In this document: positions 11,680-24,522 of the stretch, in pieces
Numbering within the stretch: position 1 is the stretch's first letter
How the letters are laid out: every line of letters begins with the position of its first letter
Assembly: GCA_001606155.1 (NCBI GenBank)
Contig: LODT01000028.1
Location: forward strand, 342,735 to 406,734
Source of the DNA: Tieghemostelium lacteum
Lineage: Eukaryota
Direction of reading: 5' to 3'
DNA: 64,000 nucleotides
Notes under the pieces: generated by a model
Databases searched by the model: none
Told to the model about the DNA's origin: nothing
What the model saw: the letters and a program-made list of their open reading frames with translations, nothing else
Position numbers and translations under genes: made by a program

Positions 11680-12775
11680 ATGATACCCCAAGTTAAATTT
11701 AAAAAAGATAGTAAATTTCAATTTCCTTGTATTATCAATGGTACTTGGTCTTTAGCAGGTGGTCATGGTAAAATAAATTATAAATATGCATTTTTAGATG
11801 TATGTTATCTTTGAGATATCCACATAAATATGTATTAATATAATACCCTATCTATATATATAGATGATTGAATACATTAATAATGGATTTACAGTATTTG
11901 ATTTAGCAGATCATTACGGACCTTCCGAAGATCTTTATGGCGAGTTGAATTCACAGGTTTATAAAGATGATGATAATGAATTGGGATTAGATTCAGATAG
12001 AAAGAAAGAGATTACCGCATTTACAAAGTGGTTTCCAAGACCTGGTAATATGTCTTTGGAGAATGTATCTTCATCTATTGAGAATACAATACAGAGAATG
12101 AAAGTAACTCAGATTGATTTACTTCAGTTTCATTGGTGGGATTATGATGATGAGAGATATATACTTGCATTACAGTCACTTAAATCTCTACAGAATCAAG
12201 GTAAAATCAGACATATTGGACTTACAAATTTTGATACAGCTACAATGAAGAGAATTGTAATGGATGGTAATAGTCCATCTATAGTATCCAATCAAGTGTC
12301 GTACAGTGTCATTGACAGACGTGTTGAAAAAACAATGATAAAGTATTGTAAGGATGCTGATATTAGTATACTGGCATATGGTGTGTGTCTAGGTGGTTTG
12401 ATATCTGAGAAGTTTTTAGGAGTTCCACAACCATCTCAAGTGGCACTCAACACCTGGTCACTTTCAAAGTACTCTGACTATGTAAATAGGTGGGGTGGAT
12501 GGAACCTCTTTCAAGAACTACTTGAACAACTCAAACTTGTAGGTGACAAGTATTCAGTGTCTCTAACTGCTGTTGCAATTCGATATATACTCGATAAAGA
12601 AATGGTTGCTGCTGTAATTTTAGGTTGTAGATTAGGTATTCATCAACACATTGATGAAACAAAATCAGTATTTTCATTTAAATTAGATCAAGATGATATA
12701 AAGAAAATTGATAAAATTGCCTCTAAAGGTGATACCATGTTGGGTTGGAATGATTGTGGTGATGAATACAGATAA
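11680..12775 (+). CDS. Aldo-keto reductase family protein; join(11680..11799,11864..12775)
   Basis: Exon 1 MIPQVKFKKDSKFQFPCIINGTWSLAGGHGKINYKYAFLD has the AKR N-terminal GTW motif. A 64-nt intron (GTATGT...TATATAG) leads to exon 2 MIEYINNGFTVFDLADHYGPSEDLYGE...IRHIGLTNFD...ILAYGV. This is a typical AKR (alpha/beta)8 core. Confidence 0.75.
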
Positions 12776-12841
12776 TACTAAATCACCTATATCAAACTGT
12801 ACCAATAAAATCTATATTTATTATTTATATAAACATATTCT

Positions 12842-13494
12842 TTATTTCAATTTATCAACTTTATATTCCATATTCAAAATAGAAATGGATGTAGATGAAC
12901 CTTCATCATACTCTGACCATTCACCTGTACTTAAATCCACATCTGAATAAGTTTTACCTGATGGTATTACAATACTCCAATTTTCCTAAACTAAAGTTAA
13001 TAACATTGTATCAATCGATTATCGACATATATAAACATACCCCAAATTCAACATCTTTAATTTCAAAACCTCTAAGATCAAAAGTAGCCATTTGTACCCA
13101 TTGTTCAGATTCAATAGTTCTATCTTTAATTTGTTTATCTGCAGTTTCAATTGAAACGCTGTTTTCTCTTCTACATAGCTTACATTTCACTATGAAACAA
13201 TGTTAATGTTTATATATTTCGATCATCACACATGCTAATCTAAATACCTACTAGCAAAATTAACAGTTGCTTTTACAATTTCAATTTGAGTCTAAAGTAT
13301 ATATTAAATAATTAGATAATGTTGATCATGAAACCTCTCAGGATATGACATACACATGGGTCAATGCTAACCATATTGGGTGTTACTTCACCACAATTGG
13401 AACAAGTTAATGTAACAAACCAAGTTTTATCTAGTTGAGGATAAATGTTACTGATTTCTTCTAATTCGGCTTTAATTGAAATTCCTTGTCTCAT
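12842..13494 (-). CDS. CXXC-motif zinc-binding protein, DUF866 family (human C1orf123/CZIB homologue); complement(join(12842..12985,13041..13189,13356..13494))
   Basis: Exon 1 is MRQGISIKAELEEISNIYPQLDKTWFVTLTCSNCGEVTPNMVSIDP. Exon 2 is KCKLCRRENSVSIETADKQIKDRTIESEQWVQMATFDLRGFEIKDVEFG. Exon 3 is ENWSIVIPSGKTYSDVDLSTGEWSEYDEGSSTSISILNMEYKVDKLK. The two CxxC pairs and the EWSEYDE block match the remembered C1orf123 sequence. Introns are 166 nt (GTGTAT donor, required by phase) and 55 nt (GTATGT). Exon lengths 139+149+144=432 nt. Confidence 0.65.
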
Positions 13495-13667
13495 AGTTGT
13501 GGTGGTGTGAACAATTGTTAAGATAAAAATAAAAGAATAAAAAAAAAAAGAATTGGTAATATACTAGATGAAATATAAAGTAATAATTTCGTTAATGAGA
13601 TTTATCTATCTATGTATAAATGTTCACAGATATTTTATTATTAAAAAATACATTTACATTTTTATAA

Positions 13668-14895
13668 TTATTGTTGTTGTATTTTCTTATTAATTAAATT
13701 TAATATATCTGTAATACTGACAACCTTCAGTAGTTTCTGATTATTATCGACAATAAAAACTCTGTGTAATCTTGATGATACCATCTTTTGAATAATAGTC
13801 TTTAGTGTATCCTCATTGGTTGCAGTTACTGGTGCCTCTGTGTTCTAAAAATAGATTTATAAAGAAATGAGTACATGAGAAAATTACACTTGAAGTGAAT
13901 TGATGAGAATATACTTACACCAATATTTAATTGTCTAATTTTACTTAAAAACTCGGAGATTGGTAATTGTAATAGTGTAACTGATGGATTGGAAATAAAT
14001 ATCTTTAGATCTTTACTGCTAGTTGTTCCTACAAGTACATCGTTTTCATTTACAATAGCTAAACCACTTCTTCTATTATGATCCATTAATCTAAATGCAT
14101 CAATAGCTGGTGTTGTTTGTTTAACTGTTAAAACTGGTGCATTTCCTAATGATAACTCTGATACTGTTTTGCTTAGTTCTGGGAATGTATTTACATCAAA
14201 CTAAATAAATTGAATCAATTAGTAACTAATTCATTTCTAGAAACTATGTATATAGGTAGATATGTATGCATACATTATTATCAATAAATTGAATAATTGA
14301 AGATTGTGAAATAATATTAACTAGTTTACCATCTTGATCTCTAATTGGTATTCTATGAAGTCCATGTGACAGTAATTCGACTGCTTTTGTTAGTGGTGAA
14401 CCTAAAACTAATTCCTTAAATGGATTTCTTCTTGAAAGATCTATATTTTCAAAAATATATTAATTTTACTATATAACTAAATAGAATTCTAAATAATTGA
14501 ATATTTACAAGTAACAGTAACATCTTGTTGATGTTTAAACATCTTAACACCAAAGTTTACAATATCTAATAGAGTATCAGCTTTAAATTCATTATTGTCA
14601 TGAATAAAAATACAAAAAGATACTAAATCTCTAATATCTAAAAATCCAGTATACTTTTGAGTAGCTTTATCAAATACTGGTGCTGATTGTATTTTGTTAT
14701 CTAGAATAAGCTTTAGTTATGTTTATCAATAATATGTGTTAATTTTATCTTTAAAAGATATTTTCAATTGAAAAAAACTTCTATAGTTCTTACATTAAAA
14801 CCTTGAATTGGTATCAGGTCGCTATCAACCACGATAACCTTTCCTTTTGATAAGTCAATTTGATCGACTTTGTTATTTTCAAATATTGTTTTCAT
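13668..14895 (-). CDS. prkag: AMP-activated protein kinase gamma subunit (CBS-domain protein), multi-exon
   Basis: Minus-strand exons separated by several short AT-rich introns. N-terminus MKTIFENNKVDQIDLSKGKVIVVDSDLIPIQG. Middle DNKIQSAPVFDKATQKYTGFLDIRDLVSFCIF. C-terminus HRVFIVDNNQKLLKVVSITDILNLINKKIQQQ*. These align block by block with AMPK gamma CBS motifs (KLVVFDTSL / [22 protein letters not shown] / HRLVVVDENDVVKGIVSLSDIL). Internal exon boundaries were not fully resolved. Confidence 0.65.
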
Positions 14896-15128
14896 ATTAC
14901 TCTCGAAGTGGAAATTGAAATAAAAAAAAAAAAGATATTTTAGTGAAAGAGAAACACTTACAATAATTAATTTTTTTTAATTATTTAAAATTTGTACATG
15001 TATGCAAAAAAAATAGGTTTCTATATTCTGGTCAACTGAATTTACTAGAAGAATTTGAAGAAAATGAAAGATTAAATCAAACAACTTCACCTAATAGTAT
15101 AGTAGGCGAAGAGATTTCAAACTTCTAT

Positions 15129-15578
15129 TTGAATACTATTAAATGTGAGAAAAGAGATGAAGTAAACACAGAAGATAAATACTTTTACTGTAATATTTGT
15201 CAACTTCAAATGGATTTTCATTCTAAAGAAGAACATTTATCATCAACTATACATATAGTATCTGAGAGAAAACAAGAAGGTTACAAACCAAAATCATTTT
15301 ATAAATTGACAAGCGAACATATTGGTTATCGAATACTCAAAAACAATATGGGTTGGAATGAAGACGGCGGTCTAGGAAAAGATGAACAAGGTCGTTCTAC
15401 ACCAATTAAAGTTTCAATTAAACAAGATAAATTAGGTATAGGTAATAAAGTTCAAAAAAGTAGTACTCAAACAGTATCCTCTCCAACAACACCAAAATTA
15501 AGTAAACGTCAAAAACTATATTTAAAACACACGCTAAAAAAGAGAGAAGAGAGAATAAAAGAAATAGTTTATAAGTAG
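15129..15578 (+). CDS. G-patch domain protein with a C2H2/U1-type zinc finger
   Basis: YCNICQLQMDFHSKEEHLSSTIH is a C2H2-like finger. YRILKNNMGWNEDGGLGKDEQGRSTPIKVSIKQDKLGIG is the G-patch glycine pattern. The C-terminus is basic. The 5' end is 233 bp from the prkag start on the other strand, so the two genes are divergent. Confidence 0.55.
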   Translation: MNTIKCEKRDEVNTEDKYFYCNICQLQMDFHSKEEHLSSTIHIVSERKQEGYKPKSFYKLTSEHIGYRILKNNMGWNEDGGLGKDEQGRSTPIKVSIKQDKLGIGNKVQKSSTQTVSSPTTPKLSKRQKLYLKHTLKKREERIKEIVYK

Positions 15579-15616
15579 AGAGAGGGGGGGTATATTATAT
15601 ATTATATATTAATTTA

Positions 15617-18600
15617 TTATTTCTTTTGTAGAAATGCATTTAAAATTGATTTATCTTCGAGAGCTTTCATAACCATATCAAGAGCTTGATCAAAGATCTT
15701 TGGGTCAATACTATTTCCATTGGCAATAAAATCTTGATAGGTATTGATAACTTTACTACGAACTTGATCAGAGATGGATATTGGGTGTTTAGCATTCTCT
15801 TGTACAAAACCTTCTACAATATGTCTCATGAGATACAATAGACCATCACCACCAATCTCACAATCTCCATCACCAATATCCGATTTGAAATCATTGACAA
15901 CCTCTACAAAACATACATCATTAACAGCTTTTTGAATCTTTTGTTTTTTGAGGAAATCCAAAAATGCTCTTCTTCTCTTACTGTCACCGAGAATCTCTTT
16001 AATACCTTCTACTGTTGGTTGTTGTGGTTGTTGTTGTTGTTGTTGTTGTGGTTGGGGTTGTGATTGTGCTACTGAACTACTAAATGAATTTGATGAATTG
16101 GTAGAAGATGATAGATTTAAAAAGGAGGATTGAGGTGAGTCTACCATATCATCAAAATCTAGTTCTAATTTAGTCATATCTTTCTGATTGATATTGGAGA
16201 GGTTAGATAGTAGCTGGTCAATTTGAATTGAGTTTCCAGAGAGTCTTTTGACTGATGAGTTTTGTTCTGAAGATCCTAATAGCATTCTGAGTGATTCAAT
16301 TGAATCTTGTTGCTCATTATTCATTGAAGAAGTTAATGATATATTGTTATTGAAACTTGATGTCAATGCAGGTTTAGTTTGTTGTTGAGGTTGTTGTATT
16401 TGTTGTTGAGCTTTCATTGGTGACTTTTGAACAGATTTAGATAGGTCACTATCAAATTTAGATAACAATGAATTGGCATCTAAACCTACTAAACCATCTT
16501 TTAAATCATCCAAATCATTTTCATCTACATCTTCATCATCCATATCCAAATAGACACTGTATTCATCAGAGTTTCTCCACATTGATTTTTGATTTGGAGA
16601 GTTATCTAAATTATTTAGATTCTTTTCTAGATCTTCTTCAAATTCATCAAAATCAAAGTCATCGTCATTATCATCTAATTGTTCAATATCCTTCTCAACA
16701 GATGTTGATGGTGATATCGTTGACTGTTGAACTGTTTGTTGTTGTTGGATATTATGATGCTGTTGTTGTTGTTGTTGTTGTTGTTGTAGTGGTAAAAATA
16801 CATTTGAGAATTTAGGTGGTTGTACAGGTTGAGATCTTTTCTCTTGAAGAGCTTTCTCTTTGAGTGATGGATGATTGGTAATTGGTGACTTGTTTCGTTT
16901 GTGACCTTTGGATTTAGCTTCACTTGGGTGACTGATACCAGAACTTGTGGAGCTGTTGATTGGTTGACCAATGATGGAGGTGTGACTTGTACCAGTTAGA
17001 CTGATAATCTGACTGATGATATCAGATGGCGACTTGTCAATTGGTGGCAAGTAGGGTGGTAATTGTGAGATATTAGGTGACGATGTTTTCATTAGGTTGC
17101 TGACAAGGTCAATAAGATCAGCAGCTGTAGATGAAGAACTACCAATTTCACAAGCAACTTTAATGATATTCTTAAACTGTGGTACAACTTGTATTGGTGC
17201 ATCTTCTAGTAGCTCATTGGTGAGTTTAATGATACTATTTGAGAATGTCTGAGAGGACTCAAGTAGAGATGCAATGAGATCAGCACATTCTGTTGACAGT
17301 TTAGGTATACACTGTGGACGTATATACGATGTAACTGAAACTAAAAATTCATCAGGATCACTATTGTAACCTCCTTCAGAGTAACTCTTAAATATTGCTT
17401 GTAGTTCCTTGTGATAGGGTAACTCTGAGAGATTTGAAAGATATTGCGAGAGTTTAGTTGCAACTTTATCAGCAGATGTCTTTAGTTCTCTGTAGATTAT
17501 AGATGATTTTGAAGTTAGGATTCTGTTGTGTAGCCATGGTGTAAGTACCAGTATTGGCAGTAGATATCTCTGTGGTGATCCACAAGGGTCTACCAAACTG
17601 TGACAGTTGATATTAAAGAAAGCCACTAGTAACTGTGAACATATCTCCTCAGTTTGAGCTGAATTCAAACCCTTGAATAAATGGTACTGTATTCCACGAG
17701 GTATTTGAACATGGTTGGTAATCTTTATGATTTCCATTGCTATTGGACTGGACTCATCATCGAGTATATTCTGTTTGATTACTAGTAAATTAAGGATATC
17801 CAATGCAGTTTCATATAAAGGTTTGTAGAATGGATGTTGATAGATCAAGAATGCAACACTGCTACAGAATATCAATGACATGGACTGATCATCAATATTC
17901 TTTGAGGATATGATCTGTTTGAGGGATTGGAGAATCTCAACACACAATGTTCTCTTGAATATTGCATTGTTGATTTGGTTCTGATGTTGTTGATGTTGAT
18001 CAACAGTTTGAGTACCAATTGCTAATCCACCTCCAACTAGAGTCTGATGTCCATTTGATCCAATTACAACACTTCCAGAGCTTCCAGTTGATCCACCAGC
18101 ACTTAAAGCCATTAATGACTTTGATAGCTGTTCAACACACTTGTCCAAGTCATTAGACCACTCTTGTAATAGATTGACTAAATGTTCAACAGAAGATGCC
18201 CAACGAGTCTTTTGTTTACGTAGTGTTTGTGACTTAGTAACATTGGTAAGTGACTGAGGCAACTGTTGTTGACAGTCTATTATAGATCTGTACATCTGAC
18301 ATGCTTTAATTGAGATTCTAGAATCCTTGTAGTTCTTGATCCATAATAAAGACTCAGCCTCCCATTTATCAATAGCACCTGGAATAGAACTATTTTCAAA
18401 ATACTTGCAGAGTACAGTTATAAGCTCTTTTACATAAATGTAACCACTGCACCATTTAATCATTTCATCACGATGTTCAATGACAGAGTCTTTAGTCTGA
18501 ACTGATGTGGAGAGGTGACTTGCACCAGGTTGTTGTCCACCCTGTACAAGGAACGATTGTTTTCTCTTTGAATAGATACTGACAATGGTAGTATCAATTG

Positions 18601-21600
18601 GATCAATTTTAGTGTAGTTATCGAGTTTTTCTAATTGCTGATTGGTACCAGTGAAATCAAATTTAATTTGGAAATTAGGTAGACGAATGCTAGTCAAAAT
18701 GGTATCAAATGACTTTAATACCGTTCTGATATGGTGCTTATTAAAAGAGTCTACAAATGTCTGTGCATAGAGATTGTTTCTTAAAGCTGACAATAAGACA
18801 TTGATCATTTTCATTAGAGTAGCACTCTCTGAGGAATCAACACGAAGAATTGCATAGTTGAAGAGAATGTGAACATGTGACATGATAGGACCCATATTCT
18901 CACTAATCAAATCTGTTATAATTACAGCACATGCTTCTCTGATCTTTGTGGATTGTCTTGTCTTCTTTTCCAGATTAGATTCATTGAGGTTCTGATTGGA
19001 TGGAGAGGAAAGGTTATTCAAGTCCATCTCTTCTAATGACATTCTTTGGGTTGAAGAATTGGTAGCTGCAACGCCTGCGTAGGTTAATTGATAGATCAAT
19101 GGTTCCAGAGTCTTATTGGCATCCATACGATAGCAATGTAATATCAATATTCTACAAATTGGCATAGATTCCTTATTAACAATACCTTTTCTAATGAGGA
19201 AGTTTACAATGGTAGAGAGGTTTTGTTGGTTTTTGGCAAGTGCTAACCAGAGGTCAATTAGCTCTGGAATTAATTCGCTGGACTGGTTATTGACGTTATT
19301 TATATTTGTTAGTCCTTCTGTGAAGACTGAGAAGAATAGTTTAAGGAAGCCAACTGGTGAGAATCTGTGAAGTGTTCCATCACTAAATGAGATGTTGTTA
19401 CACCATGGCAAGAGGAATTGAATGGTCCATTTACGATTTTGTAGATTGAGTGAAGGGAATCTATAGAAAGCCTCTTCAAAGAGTTTTTCAGTCCATTCAC
19501 TGCACTCACTATTGGAGATGATGGTAGAGACTTCAATGGCATTTAGTTTGTTAGTTGGTGTGTTTCTGGAGCTGAAGGATTGACGTTTAGGTAGTAATTG
19601 TGAACGAAGTGATACATTCTCTTCAGGTAGAATACCATAGGCACATGGTGCCAATCTAGCCATGAGATCAAAAGATCTAATACGAGCAAGGAATGCAGTG
19701 TGTAAGAGATTAAGACAACTCAAGAACAAGAGTGTTGAACCTATATCAATGAGTTTCTTGGAGAATATCTTGTCATTGTTAGTCAATGGTTCATCCTCGA
19801 TATCTTCCTGATCCTTCTCTTCTAAAGCCTTATCAAAATAGAACTGATAGATATCTTGAGTGATACCAAGAGTTGGTGGATTAGCTGGTGGAATAGGTAG
19901 AAACTGGTCATAGATAGAGTGTAGATATAATACAGATTCCTGTGGATTCGATTCAGTATAGGATTTGTTGAGAAAGTATACATAAGCCTCATCAAAATGG
20001 TATGATAATACCCATCTGAGAATTCTGTTACCTTTCAATTCGGAGTCTACAACCCAATCCAAGACATCATTTTGGAGTTTACCTTCTTCAAATATAGTTC
20101 CCAGCTTGAGTATACTCTCAGCAGCCAATCTGGAGCATGATCTAATCTTTTTGAGTTCAGTTCCAATTCTGTCACGTTCTTCCTCACGAGATGCTGAATC
20201 TTTACATTTTGCCAGTTTTTTGTTGACTTCTATACCCTCAAGTTGCATTCTTGCTGCAGATACCTTGACATGACCACTCCATTGCAAAATGGCTTTAAAA
20301 GTCTTGAATCTCTCACCAACAGTCCAAGGAATGGATTTTATATTACTAATGAGAGATCTACGAATTGGACCATTCAGTGAGCATAGAGTAGGTGTAAACA
20401 AACTATTACAGAAATTATAAACTACAACTGCATTGTCATTGAAATAACTGGCATTATGTATAGAAGGTAGTTTAGTAGGGTCACCAAAAATAGGATCAAT
20501 TTGTTGAATAAATTGAACAAATATCTGAATGAGATCAGAGGATTCAAAGAGAGCTCTTGGGAAATCACGATGTTGACTTATTCTTCTAAAGATATTAGAA
20601 AGATCTACTCTGACACGAGATAGTTTCTTATTTTGTTTGTTTTGAGTCCACCATTCGTTAAGTGAGTCAATGAGTTTGGGTATCAATCTCCAATGTCCTA
20701 GGCCACATATAAACGATAATTTCTCTCTGATCCATGAGTAATCTGACAGTAAATGTGCCCAGAAATTTGGTAGATAATTGGTAACCTTTGACAAGAAATT
20801 ATGTTCAAATTTAATCATATCATTGATGATAGGGTCGGTTTCCTGAGGGTTAAGTTTCAGTGGATAAGTTGAAGATATACCGCAGATGGAGAACAACAAT
20901 GCATGACAATTTATCCATAGATATCTGAGAGTGTAGGATGCGTATCTCTTCTGCTCATCTGTAGTCTGTTCCATTGGAATTGGTTGCAAATTGGTAATGA
21001 TATTTAGAAGTATTCCTCTAGCTTTAGACAATGTTTTAATGCAATCATGTTCAGTTGAAATACGTCCAATTTCACTGAGCACAAATGACCATAATCTATC
21101 GTGATTAGTAGAGAGAATCTCTTCAGCTGATGGTAACTCATCATTAGGATTCAATTTGATTTCTTTATCCAGACCATAGGCATTGTCAAGTAGTAACTGA
21201 TGTCTAGCTCTTTGAACTATAGTTCTCCAACTTCCATGCAAAATAGTGGCAATTTGAGTGTTTATAGTCTCTGTATTTCTAATACCACTTATGGATCTAA
21301 TCAACTGTAAACTGATTAAACGAGTCTGAGGATTTGGACTGGTCAAGTGTACTAGACCTATGGCTTCAATCTCAGTCTCCAACATTTTAGGTGGATAGAA
21401 ACTGCTGTCTAAAGGAACTGATGCATGTCTAGACTCAATAAAAGAACGTTCATTCCAAAGATCGATAAGACCTAGTAACTGCGAGAGTAAAGTTTGTAAT
21501 GCAACATGATCTTTACCTTGATACTGAAGAATGAGTGATGTGTAACCTTGAACTAGAGTAGTTCTATACTCTGGATGATCACACATAATAACTTGAATAG

Positions 21601-24370
21601 CATGACTTGCAGCTGTTGCAATCTCTTCTTCTTCATGTAAGACTAGTTTATGTAGAGATGAATTGAGAATAAAGCTCTTTGGTAGGAAAGTAGTACATCT
21701 AATAACCTCTTTAAAGAGTTCTAGAACCTCAAAAGATACAATCTTCTTCTTGATGGACTTTTTCTTCATTGGGTAAGGTTCAATAGGTAGACCTGGAAGA
21801 GAATTAGATCTCTCCCATTGTGATATACGACCTATGAGATTGAGAGTATTCACTCTAGACTGATCAAAGAACTCTCTGTCACGTTGCTCTGGTGTTTTTG
21901 TGCAAACTTCATACCATCTCTTGATAGCTTCAACAGTAGTCTCCGACTCGAATTTATGATGATGTTGAGCAGACTCTGAAATCAAACTGTAAAGAGATAT
22001 AGTAGGTTCAAATTGAGTTGAGATAATCAATGGATCCTGACTAGAAAGATACGATTCACCACCACACTGATCCTCACAAAATTTATAAGTTTTTGAAAGA
22101 AAAGTTTCAAAGGTCAATTGAATTTCCTCACGTTTTACATAGGTGTTGTCAGGAAGGGATTTTGAATTGGCACTCACAGCAGTTATCCAAAATACACCGG
22201 TGGGGTCTAAAATAATAGACAGAGTTCTAAGTGCAATGACATGATGTAGAGGTGAGCTTGAACTAAAGAGAGTAGGCAACACCGAATCTGTTAATAACTT
22301 TAAGGAATGAACTGAAATGTGAACTGAAATGGCAGAGAGAATCTCAATGCAATCTATAATTTTTGGAACTGTGTTTTTCTTTCCAAATAGACCTTGAATG
22401 ACTTCTTGTAATCTTGGAATCATTTTACCACGATTGAATAGCAAACCTGCATTTTGGTAGCTTCCAGAGTTTTCATAGACCCTATCGAGTCTCTGTTGAA
22501 GTTGACCTGCTATACTAGTCCCAGGACCAGCATCAGAGTTCAAATAAGTCTGCAAACCAGTTATCTTTCTAGGTGGTACAAATCTACCTTGTAACAATCT
22601 CAAAATGCATTCTAGTGAGAAATCTCTCTTTTTCTGTATACTTATAGTTTTCCACAACTTCTTCATAATACCATCGTATTCTTCTTCAAATATTGAATTT
22701 GGACCTCTGGTTAATATAGTACATAATAATTTTAAAGATTTTTCTTCAAATTCATCAGATTTCAATAGTTTTTCAGCTCTTCTATATACCAATTTCATCT
22801 TTTCAATTATACCACTACTTTGAGTATAATCATTCATTGATAATAACATACCATCCAATGCCTCCAATTGTGCTAATCTCAATACATTCTTTTTATTCCC
22901 TTCAATCCACATTAACATTTGAACAATTAATTTTTCAACTTCAATCATTTTCTCTGCATCTGTTATCTATATAATAAATATCCAAATTTACATATTAATA
23001 TATAAAATGATTAAACCTTCTTTATATTATACCACTTACACATAAGATTGTCCATCTTATTCCTTTAAATAGAGGTAATAAATCATCTAATGGTGGATTA
23101 GAAACTACAGATTTAGTTAAATATGATGAAATTGGATTTAATCTATATAAATAGTTAGAAATATATAGTTAAGATATAAAAAATAGTTGAGTGAGTATAC
23201 ATACGATATTCTTGATATTTGACCTAGAATTAGTGACCATTGATCTGAGATGGAGAGTCTTAGTGATAACCAGGTTGAGAAATTTAGGGATCTGGCGTTG
23301 GTTGGTTTAAAATAATAGAATGCTAAATCTCTGAGTCTGTTAATGAGTGATGTGGAGATTTGTGGTAGAGAGTTATCACCAAATTCCACTTTACCTAGAA
23401 TGTGTGTAATGACATCTGCTACTACAATTTCAATTGTTGATTCTATGAGATCTAGGTATTTCATTTGATCACTGTTGTAACCGTGGTGTTGGTGATAGGA
23501 ATTGATATTAGAGAGTACAGATTCAAAGGAGAAGACTTTAGTTTGAGTTGTATTGTTGGATGATAGTATATTGACAAGAGATGATGAATTACCACCGACA
23601 GATGGTTGTACAGATAGGGTAGGTGGTGATACTTGTTGTTGTGATGGTTGTGAAAGTATTTGGTGGTGGTGATGTTGAGTCTTTCTGCCGAATGAACCTT
23701 GACCTTGAATAGACGCTGAAATGAGTGTAGGTGACAGTGTATTGACACCAGATGGTGATGTTACAGTAGATGACGACTGCAACTGTTGAATATGTCTAGG
23801 CAACATATCTAATATTAGTTTTATAGCCGACTCTTTACAGTATTTAGAAGACTCACTAATTAGCACTAGAGAGGGGTAATAAAACCAGAAATTTCTGGCA
23901 AAGTTTGTCCACTCTGTTTCTCCATTGGGTTGATCGAGGTTTAGTATCTTACCAGAAGTGGCAAGTTTACGAATGAGTGTATTGGATTTTGACAGTTTTA
24001 TTGAACCACCAGAAGGCAGTAAAATCTGTTGTTGTGATGAATTTAGATTGCTACTGCTGCTATTGGCAATCACTGAAGAGATAGAGGTGGGTTGTTGCGT
24101 CTGAACACCATCTCTTGGACTAGACCCTATCAATGACATTAAATTACTATTACTTGAACTAGTACTACTATTTATGGGTATAGAAGAACCACTGTTTAAA
24201 GGTGATGTGGTTTTTGTACCTTCTGCTATACTGTATATCGATGTCTTTTCATTTTCATTAGTCATCAAATTATACAATGCCACATCTAATGAATTTGATA
24301 AGGAATCAAATAACTTTGAAATCAAAGTAGATGTTATTCCAAGGGAATTAACATCAACCCTCGAGTCCAT
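15617..24370 (-). CDS. Very large (~2870 aa) helical-repeat scaffold protein with C-terminal RGS-like domain and poly-Q/Ser tracts; complement(join(15617..22966,23040..23142,23205..24370))
   Basis: The 2443-aa ORF continues upstream past its first M as ITDAEK to an ATATAG acceptor. A 103-nt micro-exon (SLNPISSYLTKSVVSNPPLDDLLPLFKGIRWTILC, GTAAGT donor) and a 62-nt intron (GTATGT) connect it in frame to the ORF 23138-24370 (MDSRVDVNSL...). Exon phases 2/0 are consistent. The C-terminal ~120 aa (RRRAFLDFLKKQKIQKAVNDVCFVEVVNDF...LDMVMKALED) has the alpha-helical RGS-domain pattern. Function is unknown. Confidence 0.6.
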
Positions 24371-24401
24371 TTTTGTTGTCTATTTTTATAAAAATTAATT
24401 G

Positions 24402-24430
24402 AAAAAAAAAAAAAAAAAAAAATTTTTTTT
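24402..24430. repeat. A21-T8 homopolymer junction
   Basis: It lies in the intergenic spacer between the large RGS-domain gene's 5' end and cluster member A's 3' end. Similar T22 and T-rich tracts are at 36527-36548 and 57916-57950. Confidence 0.9.
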
Positions 24431-24522
24431 GATATCCCATTTTGGGTAACCACATTGTTAAGTTATCAAAGGTAGATTTTGATTTTAAAAATAAATAAAT
24501 AAAAATGAAAATAAATAGTTTA

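Noticed and set aside
12708-13206. Two plus-strand ORFs (80 and 103 aa)
   Set aside because: They overlap the AKR 3' end and the DUF866 gene on the opposite strand. They have no coherent domain-like sequence.
16468-16971. His/Asn-rich ORFs overlapping the large RGS-domain gene
   Set aside because: Out-of-frame and antisense readings of CAA/TTG poly-Q tracts.
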